Positions 21,898-32,232 of a DNA stretch of 39,800 nt are shown here, piece by piece. Made by a program: the position numbers and the translations under genes. Under the pieces are notes generated by a model. It worked only from the letters and a program-made list of their open reading frames with translations. It was not told the DNA's origin and did no database searches. The DNA is taken from positions 1-39,800 of the forward strand of contig QPMI01000471.1 of the NCBI GenBank assembly GCA_004431415.1. Reading direction: 5' to 3'. Position 1 is the first letter of the stretch, and the number at the start of each line of letters is the position of its first letter. This DNA is from Cyanophora paradoxa CCMP329 (taxonomy: Eukaryota > Plantae > Glaucophyta).

Positions 21898-24517
21898 TCA
21901 GGCTTCCACATCTGAATCCTCGAATTTGGTGCCCCTTTTCTTTGGTTGCGGCTGAGGAGAATCATCTTCTTTAATCGAATCATCATCGATAAGCTTCAAC
22001 TTTCGGAATTCAGACATCATCTCATTCCACAGGAAGTGATAGTTAGATTTTCCATTGGTCGTTTTCACTTGAATATATGTAGTCGTGCGCATCTCAGTAT
22101 AGAACCGCTTGCTATTATAATCGTTTTTATATTTGTTTTCAGAGATGAAGTCTTTGAACAGCTCCCATGTCGATGCAAGACCGCCCAGCTTGGTTTTCAG
22201 CTCTGTAACCCGCTCACTATCGACAAGCCACTTCGCAAACATAAGAATAATCGGTGCAGCCGCTTGCTGAACTAAGTAGTATCGGTTTGTTAGCGGTCTG
22301 TCTTGACTCCAATTGACTTTCTCGCAATTTACTTTCGTCCTGAGATACTGAACGATATTTCGAATATTTCTCATATCATTCAGCCACTCAACAAGCGGGG
22401 CGAAATAATCCTTATTACAGCGCTGTTTGTCACTCACCTCAATGACCACAAAGCGACGATCATCAGCCTCGATCTTGACAGGGACAGTATTGTTGCTTGT
22501 GAAAACGATTCGCGCGAAATTCTTCTTATCATACGAGTCTATTCCTTTGTGCTCAATTACAATCTTCGGGGCTGTGACTATATCTTTGAGAAGGTCGCTA
22601 TGTTCAAAGGTGTCCTTTCCGGAAGCTTCATTTACAACGATCAGAATCTTATCCTCCCGATTGTGAGCAAACCGCCCGAATAAATCATCCTTTGGCTTGG
22701 CTGTCGAGTATGCCAATGCATCACCGAGGATCTTCTTCTCAAAGGTATCAATGAGCATATTCTTTCCAGCGCCTTGGCGACCTAGGAAGATGAGGGACAC
22801 GTTATTTAGTTCCCCCGGCTTTTGCATCATGTGGGCAAACCACTTTTTAAGATAATCGAATGTCTTATCATCTTCGCCTGACATTAAATATAGATGTGTC
22901 AGAAAAGGCTGAATCATCTCTTCTGTCACATCCTCGGGGGGCGGCTCCTCGAATTCTTCATGATCAATCTTGAATCCAGGGTAGAGATTAAACACAGACT
23001 TGCATTTCGCGCTCAGCTTTGCAGGAGGCGGCAGGAAATCCATATAAGTGGATCGTGTCGCCCTTGGGTCAGTAATCCATTCAGGTAGCGTTTTTACCCA
23101 CTTTTCGGTTTGGTTCTCAGTCCCCTCATTGAGAATCACCTTGTGAAACAGATGGGGAAAATGTTTGGTCGCCAATTTCGTAATATCTTTCGGTCGCCAG
23201 GATAATAGCTGTTCATCCCAATACATGACAGTGCCGATGCTCTCGATGTGATGCAGCCTCGCATTTAAATATCGCAGATGGACTTCAAAGCTATCGACCA
23301 TAGGTGGAATGGGGCAGTCTTGTAGTCAATATCGTCGGAATCCTCAGGCTGAAACGAATATTTCTTGGGGAATAGCTTATTATAACTGTCGCTGTTATCC
23401 TTTTTCAGCCAGTAAACAATCGAACCGAATGTGACTCGCTTCCCTTCCACCATTTTCTTGCCTTTGCAAAGGCTCATGAACTTCTCATGACAGTCATCAT
23501 ATTCATATTTTTCGCTTTTCTCCGAGAACTTATGAAATAGCTCTACTTGTTGCTTGCGAGGGATATTGTTGTCTTCGCAAGTATTGATTATAGCAATACC
23601 TACGTCGATCCATGTCTTATATTCATTAGCTCGCTCGCCACTGAGGCTCATAATGACTTCTTGCAACAGTTCAAACGAAACCTTATTATCTTTGAGATCC
23701 TCCAACACCTCCTCCTTCTTCTTCACAGGTTCTTTACAGGGCTTGTCCTTAACAGACTTGGGCGCCACCGTTTGCTTAGGTTCCTCAGGCTTTGTAGCTT
23801 CCTTTGGTTTATCGACCGCAAAGGCTGACATGGTGTCTACTTCCACCCACTTGGTGGGGCGATCGAAACATTGCACCAGGAAAAAGCCATCGTGCATGCC
23901 CTCTTTTTCGCAATCAATGAACTTAGTGAACACCACATTCTTATCGACATCGTGCTTTGATTTGCTTTGAGCGTCCAAAGCTTCGCCTTTGCAGCAACGG
24001 AGGCAGATCAGGTTTTGAGTTGTTCCATAAACGCCACTATCGAACTCGACATTTTTGATGAGACCCATCGCTTTAAAAAGCTTTGGAATGTCTTCGTGGC
24101 GGCAGACCAGATCGGTAAATACGAAATGCCCGGAAATCTTGAACTTAGTGACATTCTCTTTGATTAAATGAACCCGGCGATGGCGAACAGCAACCGCAAT
24201 TGTAGATCCCGACAGGGTTTGCAATTTCTTGCGCATTTCCCTGATGATCTCTTCGGCTTCCTTATAGTTGTCGGCTACATCAGGTTTCAGATCAACGAAC
24301 TTGTCCAGATCCAGATAAACACGAGTCACTTGATCAGGTTGTATGCATTCCGCCATGTAGGATAGGTCATATTGTCCCGTTTCTTTGAGTTATTGATGCG
24401 CTCAATAATTTCATCATCGGTTAACTCAACCAAATTAGACGTATTGCGAGAACCAGTCAGACATTTCAGAAAGGTGCCCTTGACATTAGAGAATGCGAAT
24501 TTCGTGATAGCGTCCAT
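21898..24517 (-). CDS. Primase-helicase: AEP/PrimPol + PriCT-2 + SF3 (D5/DUF5906-like) helicase, split by two frameshifts (about 24375 and 23312)
   Basis: AEP motifs VYLDLD, KISGHFVF and FDSGVY. PriCT-2 motif ERANEYKTWIDVGIAI. Walker A GRQGAGKN, Walker B IVVNE, sensor FTSNN and DDRRF. Joins ORFs 24326..24517, 23265..24356 and 21898..23301. Confidence 0.9.
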
Positions 24518-24663
24518 CTTCTCTGTTTTACTCTAAGCGGAGAAAATATTTTTCAGGTTGTTCATTTTTTGCGCATTATCCTTAAATCCCTTTACAGTTT
24601 TTTCCCGATGATAAAATCGATTAGCATCGGGGCAATCGATAGTATGGTAAGGAGCTTCCCGAT

Positions 24664-24957
24664 TTACATCGGAAAGCCGCACGAAAAATAAGGAATGCGC
24701 TCAGCGGCAATCGAGAGTTTGCGTTTTCTAATACTTACGGGGGCGCCCCGCTTTCCCATATGGCTTCCCTCCTCGGCTTTGCGACGATAATACGATTCCA
24801 AAGCCATCTTCTTCTTGAATTCGCGATATTCGGGATCCTCGTTATACCGATTCCGCATTTTGATGATTTCACGGATCCGATAATTAAGTCCGTCGCCTTT
24901 CTTCATGTCCTCAGTGACAAGCTTTGCCTCAATATTTACAGCAGCGATGGTGGTCAT
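24664..24957 (-). CDS. Small basic hypothetical protein (possible DNA binding)
   Basis: 97 aa containing RNRYNEDPEYREFKKK..SYYRRK, preceded by the conserved upstream motif. Confidence 0.65.
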   Translation of the reverse strand: MTTIAAVNIEAKLVTEDMKKGDGLNYRIREIIKMRNRYNEDPEYREFKKKMALESYYRRKAEEGSHMGKRGAPVSIRKRKLSIAAERIPYFSCGFPM

Positions 24958-25007
24958 CTTTTCGTTCCTTACTATAAGCGGAGAAAATATTTTATCAGTC
25001 GTATTTC

Positions 25008-25148
25008 CTATTTCTTCTTTAAATCATTTTCTGAGCTGTCATTTTTTGTGATCGAAGCGAGTTCTTCTCTACGTTTTTTAATAGCGACTTCCAATGCGTA
25101 TTGCGCGCGTTTCCTGTATAGGATCGCGTAGAGATCGGGGTCGGGCAT
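25008..25148 (-). CDS. Small hypothetical protein (46 aa)
   Basis: Manual translation gives MPDPDLYAILYRKRAQYALEVAIKKRREELASITKNDSSENDLKKK. It fills the gap between co-oriented genes and has a variant of the upstream motif at about 25152-25176. Confidence 0.45.
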   Translation of the reverse strand: MPDPDLYAILYRKRAQYALEVAIKKRREELASITKNDSSENDLKKK

Positions 25149-25175
25149 TCGATACTATTTAACGCGAAAATAGTT

Positions 25176-25523
25176 TCAGCGATCGTATTCGCCCAAATAA
25201 AGCGGATTTATTGGCGGATACGGGGAATCAACGCGAAAATGACCTTCCACGGAATTAGGGCACGAGCGGCGTCTTATATAGGATACTTGCACGTCTTCTA
25301 TTGCTGTCTGTGGGACTATATTGGAGTTCGCAGGCACAGGCGAGGGCGATCGAGATCGGGGACGATCGTGATTATCGCTGTGGTTGGAATATACAGATGA
25401 TCGCCTACCTCCATTATCCTCGTCCGAAATGTCAAACTCTACGGTTGTGTCGCAGCATCCGGACTTACAGTGAGATATGAAATGCAGGTGAAACATCTCA
25501 ATGCATTGTGTGATGAAATTCAT
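25176..25523 (-). CDS. Hypothetical protein with N-terminal SHCKSGCC motif and Ser/Arg/Pro-rich tail
   Basis: ATG at 25523 within ORF 25176..25658; co-oriented with its neighbours. Confidence 0.5.
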   Translation of the reverse strand: MNFITQCIEMFHLHFISHCKSGCCDTTVEFDISDEDNGGRRSSVYSNHSDNHDRPRSRSPSPVPANSNIVPQTAIEDVQVSYIRRRSCPNSVEGHFRVDSPYPPINPLYLGEYDR

Positions 25524-25723
25524 CGACCCTAATATTGCACAACGTATTAAATATTGGAGAAAAGAAAAGGGAATGAGGGTGTTACTTGCTCGCCTGTTCC
25601 CATACGAATTAGTCGACCTTATAATGGTGTTTGTGGAGCCGACCTGTCCCTTTTGCAAGGGAATTCATATTAAGACCCGCTCTAAATACGGGCGGATTCA
25701 TTTATGTTTGAACGACTTGCACA

Positions 25724-26395
25724 TTAGAAGCGACGACGCCCACCGAACATAGATGACAGATTGGCACCCGGCTGTGCATGCACACCCGATGGGTTAACGA
25801 AACCGCCCGGCTTTGGTGCATTTTCATCTATGACTGTCTCTTTTCTTTCGACTGTCTGAACATCGGGAACAGTTGCCCGCTTCTTTTCCATCTCCACTCG
25901 AACAGCTTGCTTAATTAATTTGCGCTGTTTATAGTCCTTAGTGAAATCATCAAAGGCTCTCACAGTAGTGTCGTAGGTAGCTAAACGCGCTTCCAGAGCC
26001 CTAAACTTCTCCTCTAATTCCTGACCGACTTTCTCGCCCTTGGTCACATAGACAGATGCCCGCTTTTTAGGGGCTTCCATCGATGCAGGTAAAGCGGCTG
26101 TTGCTTCGGCTTTTACCACCTTATTATCGGTTAGCTTTTCGCCTGTGAGCTGTGATTCGGCGAGGGATTGATCCGCCAGCTTTCTATCAGTGGAATCGAC
26201 CGGCTCCCGCTTAGCATCCACCTTTTGAGCACGCTCTGAAACCTTTGTATTCGGGTCAATCAGATCGAAATCTATTTGGTCAGAAGCGGCAGCACCGCCA
26301 GTGCGACCGGCATCCTCCGCAGGATTAATCTTGCCAGCGACAACAGCGCTTTGATCTTCCATTTGGATAGCTTTCCGCGAGTTCTTGGGTGGCAT
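25724..26395 (-). CDS. Hypothetical charged/coiled-coil protein (possible virion core protein)
   Basis: 223 aa (MPPK...GGRRRF), immediately downstream of the packaging ATPase, with an upstream motif variant. Confidence 0.7.
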   Translation of the reverse strand: MPPKNSRKAIQMEDQSAVVAGKINPAEDAGRTGGAAASDQIDFDLIDPNTKVSERAQKVDAKREPVDSTDRKLADQSLAESQLTGEKLTDNKVVKAEATAALPASMEAPKKRASVYVTKGEKVGQELEEKFRALEARLATYDTTVRAFDDFTKDYKQRKLIKQAVRVEMEKKRATVPDVQTVERKETVIDENAPKPGGFVNPSGVHAQPGANLSSMFGGRRRF

Positions 26396-26418
26396 TTATC
26401 ATTATGCGAGAAATTTAT

Positions 26419-27342
26419 TCAAAATTTACCCAATTTCTTTGCAAATTTTGGGCGGCGCTTTTCTTGGTATGCCAGCAATAGATTGGGGTCTTTAAGTAGG
26501 TCGGCTTCGATTATTCTTTTGGTGGATCGCTTTAAGGTGGCGACGTTTCCACTCACAGGTTTCGTTATATCGGTGGTTTGGGGTTGGTCGCCATTTACCT
26601 CTGTGGAGCTCTGTTTTACCGGCTGTTTACCAGCGGGCTTTATCTCTTCCACCGCTTTTTTAAAGAACCGCTTGAATTTATATTCGTCAGGCACCGGATC
26701 AGCCTTGCCCACAGAGAATTCCAGGCTATATTTCGAGTTGTCAATGCAGATAACCTGATAGCTGTGACTGTATTCGTTCATCACCTTCTCAAACCAATGC
26801 TTTTCGTATGGATTAAACTCGTCCTCAGCACTCTCCATCTCTTTTCTGTTGGGCAGCGAGAATAGAAAGATATATTCGGAGTTAACCCTAAGTGTCGGCG
26901 AAATCTTAGTGAGTTTTTGTGACAGAATCCACACAGATATGAATAAATGGCGCCCCGACGTGAATAGCTGATTTAATATAGGTTCACCTCTTCCTGACAT
27001 CGAAAGACTTGGATTGTCAATGAAATCATCGAGTATGATTAACAGGTTACCGACTTTCTCCTTTTTCTTGATTCGCTCCTTGCGTTTCTGTATTATATTG
27101 TCGATCAGCTTATGATCGAAATCCTCATACAAATACGATGTGACATTGTCATATTGATGGTTCCAGATCGTGGAAGCGAATATCATCACCGAATCTATCT
27201 TGTCCTCGTTGTGGTAAAGCAGGTATTTTAAGAATACTGACTTACCTACTCCCGTTTTTCCGACAGCAAGTAAACGGCAAGGGAATGAAAGACTTGCCGG
27301 GTCGAATTCCGCAAGATCTTCTATACTCACGTTTCCAGTCAT
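26419..27342 (-). CDS. A32/FtsK-HerA family genome packaging ATPase
   Basis: Walker A GKTGVGKS, Walker B LIILDD, then GRH, LSQ and ISPTLRVN motifs. Confidence 0.95.
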   Translation of the reverse strand: MTGNVSIEDLAEFDPASLSFPCRLLAVGKTGVGKSVFLKYLLYHNEDKIDSVMIFASTIWNHQYDNVTSYLYEDFDHKLIDNIIQKRKERIKKKEKVGNLLIILDDFIDNPSLSMSGRGEPILNQLFTSGRHLFISVWILSQKLTKISPTLRVNSEYIFLFSLPNRKEMESAEDEFNPYEKHWFEKVMNEYSHSYQVICIDNSKYSLEFSVGKADPVPDEYKFKRFFKKAVEEIKPAGKQPVKQSSTEVNGDQPQTTDITKPVSGNVATLKRSTKRIIEADLLKDPNLLLAYQEKRRPKFAKKLGKF

Positions 27343-27389
27343 ATTTGCTTTCCCTTATAAGAAACAAAATAAAAATAAGATCTTTGTAT

Positions 27390-28340
27390 TTAGAACGACA
27401 TTAAGAATTTTTTAATAGCCCCATTAACATCTTTTTCGGTGTATGCAATTCGCAGCAGGGCAATACCATTTGTTGCACAGTATCTACTTTTGATACTATC
27501 GCGCAGTTTTGTCAATTGTAGGTGCTCTTCCCCTCCAAAGAATGGAACGGCTTTGAAATGCTGAATTCCGTCATATTCGATTGCAATTTTAAGGCTTGGG
27601 ATATAGAAGTCAAATCTAAGACAGTTTTGCAGTTTACAGTCTTCGAATGTGTGTTGTGTTTCAAAATCTAGACCAATATCTTCGAGGACGTTTTGAATAA
27701 TCATCTCTCCCTTCGATAAGTTGCAAGATGGACACCCAGCCCCTTCCAAATGTGAGTTTGGAGTTTGATCGAATTCTTTACCACATGAGCATATTATAGT
27801 TACTTTTGTTGCAGAAGTTTCATATGTAACCTTTCTATAATCATATCTATTTCCATGGATTGCATTTGCTCGCTCAATAAACTCATCAGTAGTTAAACGA
27901 AGAGCTTCTGAACTTTGTTTTCGTCCACAGTCAGGACATCCATTTTTTATATGGATGTGGTTTCGAGGAGAGACATCGAATAACAGCCCACATCCGTTAC
28001 ATTTGAGCTTGACCTTGTCTTTCATTGTTTCAAACTCCACAAGGCTGTAATCATATTTATCTCCATGTATTTCTTTGGATCGTTCAATAAAGCCTTCCTT
28101 AGTAACACGGTGTGCTTGCTTGGATACCCCATCTTTCCGATTGCACGAATTGCATCCCTGACCATAGATATGTTTTGCAGGCGCTTGCAAGAACTCGCAA
28201 TTACATTTCTTACAGATAATTGTGATTTTCGTGTAACAGCCTGAGTAATTCGCTTTGGAATAATCGTAACGCCCTTCTCCATGAACTTCATTGGCTTTCT
28301 GAATGAATGTCTCCTGAGTGTAAGGTTTTCCCATCGGCAT
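27390..28340 (-). CDS. Putative homing endonuclease: three DUF723-like Zn repeats + C-terminal PD-(D/E)XK (Vsr/DUF559-like) nuclease
   Basis: Three repeats of FI..A..(V/I)HG..YDYS...Y....K..I.C...C.C, then SKGE..I and RFDFYIP..KIAIEYDGIQH. Confidence 0.8.
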   Translation of the reverse strand: MPMGKPYTQETFIQKANEVHGEGRYDYSKANYSGCYTKITIICKKCNCEFLQAPAKHIYGQGCNSCNRKDGVSKQAHRVTKEGFIERSKEIHGDKYDYSLVEFETMKDKVKLKCNGCGLLFDVSPRNHIHIKNGCPDCGRKQSSEALRLTTDEFIERANAIHGNRYDYRKVTYETSATKVTIICSCGKEFDQTPNSHLEGAGCPSCNLSKGEMIIQNVLEDIGLDFETQHTFEDCKLQNCLRFDFYIPSLKIAIEYDGIQHFKAVPFFGGEEHLQLTKLRDSIKSRYCATNGIALLRIAYTEKDVNGAIKKFLMSF

Positions 28341-28445
28341 TTTTGATCTTTCCTTCCCTTTACTCTATGTATTTGCCTTTTCTTTAAGTAGTTTTCCTAT
28401 GGAAAACGTCAGAAAAATGACATCAAATTTTGCCCGCGAGATTCC

Positions 28446-29894
28446 TCATGCCGATATTCTACTGAGACCGTTGGCATTCATTACAAGAATATTGTGGCAG
28501 TAAGCCGAGATCTGAACACCGACCTTTGTCCAGGTGGCGAGGGGTGTGCCATTGGGTGTGAGGATTAGGAAGCTCGACGCTGATTGTGTTAGATCGACGT
28601 AGCCAGTCGCCTTCTCACCTTTGAGCGCCGCTTTACCATCGAGAGCAAAGCAGAAGCCAGTGTAAATGGGGCGCTTGTTGCTATCGATCCAGTTGGTCAT
28701 CTTGAATTTATCGGCGAGCTCCATAGCCGCGGATTGCAGCGGGACACCAGTGTTAGAATATAGGTAATTGTTGTTATTTAGAACTTGCATCACGACATTA
28801 TCATCGAAGGCAAGGGTGCGGACAGTAGAGTGCCCTCCTTTATTATCGCCCAGTGTGTTTTCGTCGCGAACCTTGACAACAAGTGCGTAAACGAGTCCCG
28901 AAATTTGAGATAGTGACAGGCGCAGACCAGAGCCGAGAGCAAGACCGGTATAATCCGCAAACTGAATATCAGTGTAGGGGATGGCGATGCCAGAGGTCTT
29001 AACACGAGTAATGATTTCGCCCATCGTTTCCTCATCGATGTTAACAGCATCCATAATAATACGAGGGGTCGTCATTTCCAGATTCGCAAGAGCAGGTGTA
29101 GGTGTGAGAGCCGCACTATCGAAAATCGCAGTGGCATTAGGGTGAGCTAAGGTCTTAATATTTCCGAAAGCAGCCGCAACAGCAAGCGTCGTCTCGCCAT
29201 CGGTCGAATTGGCAGCAGTAATTGCAGTCGTGTTATTCTGAGCGTAAACGCCAGGAACCGCCGCAGTTTCGAGCAGCGCAGGGGTTTGGAAATATACTTC
29301 GACCGCGATTTCGGATGGGAGCGCACCGATGGGCACGCCAGCATCGAGGAAGCTCGGAATTCGCATGGTAAAAATGCCACCGGCTTGGTTGCCGCCCTCC
29401 ACCTTCGGTCCGAGATGCAGCCCATGCTTGCGCTTCTTTTGGTCGAATTCAGCCGGAGTGTTAGCCAGGAAAGCGTAATCTACCAGTCGCTCAGCGGGAA
29501 TAATTTGCTCATACGACCCGTATTTAATGCTGACTCGCTGAACAAACGAGCCAGGAAGCCCGCGGACGAATCCAGTATTGAATAGATCAGCCGAGCAGTC
29601 AGCCGAGGTCTTGGCGATGGCAGTCAGCGCCTTCGCCGATGGAATGGTAACTTGGAGGCTAATACCATTGCACCAATTGTAGCGAGGGAGATAGAAGACC
29701 ACACGAGTGGTAGCACCAGTAGAGGAGAACAGATTGCCGGGATCCGCAATTGGGAGCACCTCAACACGAGAAGGCTTGAATTGTTTATCAACGCCCACAA
29801 TAAATCCGCGATCCAAAAGCATGCTCTTGTAATCCTCCGGGGTTTCCAGGACGGATTTGAGCGTGAGGCGGCTAAGCGAGGTCGTGGGATCCAT
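28446..29894 (-). CDS. Major capsid protein (double jelly-roll, PLV type)
   Basis: 482 aa, beta-rich, with VVFYLPRYNWCNGISLQVTIP near the N-terminus. It lies between the ATPase and the minor capsid genes. Assigned by size, context and motif, not by alignment. Confidence 0.75.
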   Translation of the reverse strand: MDPTTSLSRLTLKSVLETPEDYKSMLLDRGFIVGVDKQFKPSRVEVLPIADPGNLFSSTGATTRVVFYLPRYNWCNGISLQVTIPSAKALTAIAKTSADCSADLFNTGFVRGLPGSFVQRVSIKYGSYEQIIPAERLVDYAFLANTPAEFDQKKRKHGLHLGPKVEGGNQAGGIFTMRIPSFLDAGVPIGALPSEIAVEVYFQTPALLETAAVPGVYAQNNTTAITAANSTDGETTLAVAAAFGNIKTLAHPNATAIFDSAALTPTPALANLEMTTPRIIMDAVNIDEETMGEIITRVKTSGIAIPYTDIQFADYTGLALGSGLRLSLSQISGLVYALVVKVRDENTLGDNKGGHSTVRTLAFDDNVVMQVLNNNNYLYSNTGVPLQSAAMELADKFKMTNWIDSNKRPIYTGFCFALDGKAALKGEKATGYVDLTQSASSFLILTPNGTPLATWTKVGVQISAYCHNILVMNANGLSRISA

Positions 29895-29927
29895 ATTTCG
29901 TTTTTATCTTCCGCTGAGAAATTTATT

Positions 29928-31214
29928 TTAGAAGAACGGATTATTTTTTACAGCCACCCCGCTCAACGCATTCGTTAAATTGCCGCAATGCGGGTAGTCC
30001 TCATATAGCATTTTCGCGAATCCCTTATTAACAATGCGCTGTAAATCGTCGTCGGGCTCATCCACTCCCATAGTAATTTCCAAAATGAATGTGTGCTCAC
30101 AGCTTCCGAGGAAATACCTATAACCGCTCTCCGTGAGAATTTGAACGGTTAAACTATCAAACGAAAGGCGGGTGTTAAAGTATTTCGTGAAAGCATCCGC
30201 CCCATAATTAATTAGCTCAGCATCCGCATAGGCTGTGCCTTTCGAAATCGGGATCTTAGCGAGGAATCCATTAGTAGCCTCGGTGCATGTCGTAAAAAGC
30301 GAGCAGTCCGGCTCTGTGATCTTTAAAACTATTGCATTATCCGGTGTATAATCAGGGGCAGTGCCTCCGGCTATGCCTAAGACCAGAGCCGTCGAATTAT
30401 AATTGCGGAATGCATCACCAGCTGAGTAAACGACACCGCTCCCAGCGAAGGCTGTGTAGCCCGATCCGTTGTATTGATCTATCATTATATTCTCTCTGAT
30501 CGATGTAAACCCGAGAAGAGTCATCGTGCGATAGGCGAGCACCTTTCTTTCATTCGCAGTAGACGCAGTGGCATTACTCGGTCCATATTTCGTGAAAGCT
30601 ATGTAGACATAATCACTCGAATAAAAGCATATAGCATTTAATGTGCTCTCAAAACGACATCTCACCACCGGGTAAAAGGTTCCTCCTGTCGATGCGTAGC
30701 TTGGATTAATTTTTGTGTCGATCATATCCTTGATGTAGTTGCCAGTTCCATTTTTCGTTAAGATGTTATCGATTGCAGTGGCAAGGTCGGTTCCAGTCGA
30801 GTATGTGCCCGGAGGGATCGTAATTGCTACGTCTCTGTATCGGGTATATCTTCTGAAAGTGTTTAGGTAATCAGGCGGTATATAGTTGCCTTGGTCGCCA
30901 GCATCTATGGCTTTGTAAGCGTCATATATTGCAGTTGCCTGTGAATCTCTGATTTCCTGAGTGGCACCATTCAGCTGACCGCTCGAAAATCGGTAAGGAA
31001 ATGATATGAAAATCGTATTAGCATCATCGGCTTTCGTTTCCCCGATCTCAGTATAGAATTGAGGGCTTGGAACCGTGGGAATCGTGTTGGAAAATTCGAT
31101 CTGTCGCACAGCGATGCTCTTCACATTGTGGTATTGCTTTGGAAGGGTCACCTTATAGGAATGAGCCGAGCCCTCTGATCGATCACGGCTACTGATGCTG
31201 AGATACTCGCGCAT
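29928..31214 (-). CDS. Minor capsid (penton) protein 1, single jelly-roll with insertion
   Basis: N-terminal YLSISSRDR..Y.VTLP..YHNVKSIAV..IEF.N and C-terminal FDSLTVQILTESG....GSCEHTFILEI. Start taken at ATG 31214. Confidence 0.8.
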   Translation of the reverse strand: MREYLSISSRDRSEGSAHSYKVTLPKQYHNVKSIAVRQIEFSNTIPTVPSPQFYTEIGETKADDANTIFISFPYRFSSGQLNGATQEIRDSQATAIYDAYKAIDAGDQGNYIPPDYLNTFRRYTRYRDVAITIPPGTYSTGTDLATAIDNILTKNGTGNYIKDMIDTKINPSYASTGGTFYPVVRCRFESTLNAICFYSSDYVYIAFTKYGPSNATASTANERKVLAYRTMTLLGFTSIRENIMIDQYNGSGYTAFAGSGVVYSAGDAFRNYNSTALVLGIAGGTAPDYTPDNAIVLKITEPDCSLFTTCTEATNGFLAKIPISKGTAYADAELINYGADAFTKYFNTRLSFDSLTVQILTESGYRYFLGSCEHTFILEITMGVDEPDDDLQRIVNKGFAKMLYEDYPHCGNLTNALSGVAVKNNPFF

Positions 31215-31241
31215 TTTATTCTTTATTAATAGGAAATAAAA

Positions 31242-32214
31242 ATGATTCGGAAGCCAGTTAACGATTTCTATAATGGCAAGTTTACGAGGGTCAATGTTAA
31301 TATCGATTCTATTGAGCGCAGTGCAGGGCACCCGGGAGAATATACAGTAAAGCTTTCTCAGCGACTTCTGAACGTAAAAGGGGTGCGCATTGCGAGCGCC
31401 GAGCTCCCAAACACGATTTATGCTGTCACCGATAATTCCAGAGGCGTGACCATACAGGGAATGACGAACAGCATCACCTTTTCCCCTTTCCCTGATATTG
31501 GGAACTACACCCCGCGATTTGGGATATGGTAATAAGAACTTAGGCTACTCGGGCAGCTTTGTCGATGTAAACCCTCTCACAAGCGAAAGCGTCACAGTCT
31601 ACTACAAGTGGCTCTATAATCCAGCGACTATGAAAATTACGTTTTATTCGAGCATTCCCCTCGCACTGAGCTGTGCACATGACGACTTTGCAAGGTTCCA
31701 TGGAATGATCAAAGGGGATATGTATCAAACAATTCCAGTTGGTGAGGGTTCAGAGCATCTCACGGTAGACTATTTACCCCTCACACCCAGCAATCCAAAA
31801 TACTCATTTCTACAAGCCTATGAGGGCAAAACAAAATACCCCGCCGGAATATCTGTGCTTCCATTCCCTCTCGAACATGCAGTGACCTTCCCAAATGCGA
31901 TTAATCTAAATCCGACCCCCTATGTTTACCTACAAATTAAAGAGTTTACTCCCTTTTACGACAGGTATATGGTAGCAGCAAAGACAGATGAGGGCGGAAA
32001 TGCAAACCTCGCTAAGATCCCACTAACCAGCCCCTTGGGATCGTTTGTTTACTACCTGACATTCCGCAGAATCGATACTGTGGAGTTCTTTAATTCCCAC
32101 GATCAGGCTTATGACATAGACACCCTCACAATTAAATGGCTCGACGCCTACAATAATGTAGTCAACTTTAATGGCGTTAATCACAGCTTTATATTAGAGG
32201 TGCTATCGGGTTAA
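31242..32214 (+). CDS. Minor capsid (penton) protein 2, one frameshift near 31512
   Basis: NIDSIER..YTVKL...LNVKGVRIASAELPNTIY (31242..31532) continues to LAKIPL...IDTLTIKWLDAYNNVVNFNGVNHSFILEV (31498..32214). The shift is in a C run. Confidence 0.8.
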
Positions 32215-32232
32215 AATAATCTTATATTACAA

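Noticed and set aside
23290-24380. Programmed ribosomal frameshifting in the primase-helicase
   Set aside because: No canonical slippery heptamer at the junctions, and similar single-base losses occur throughout the window; sequencing error is the simpler explanation.
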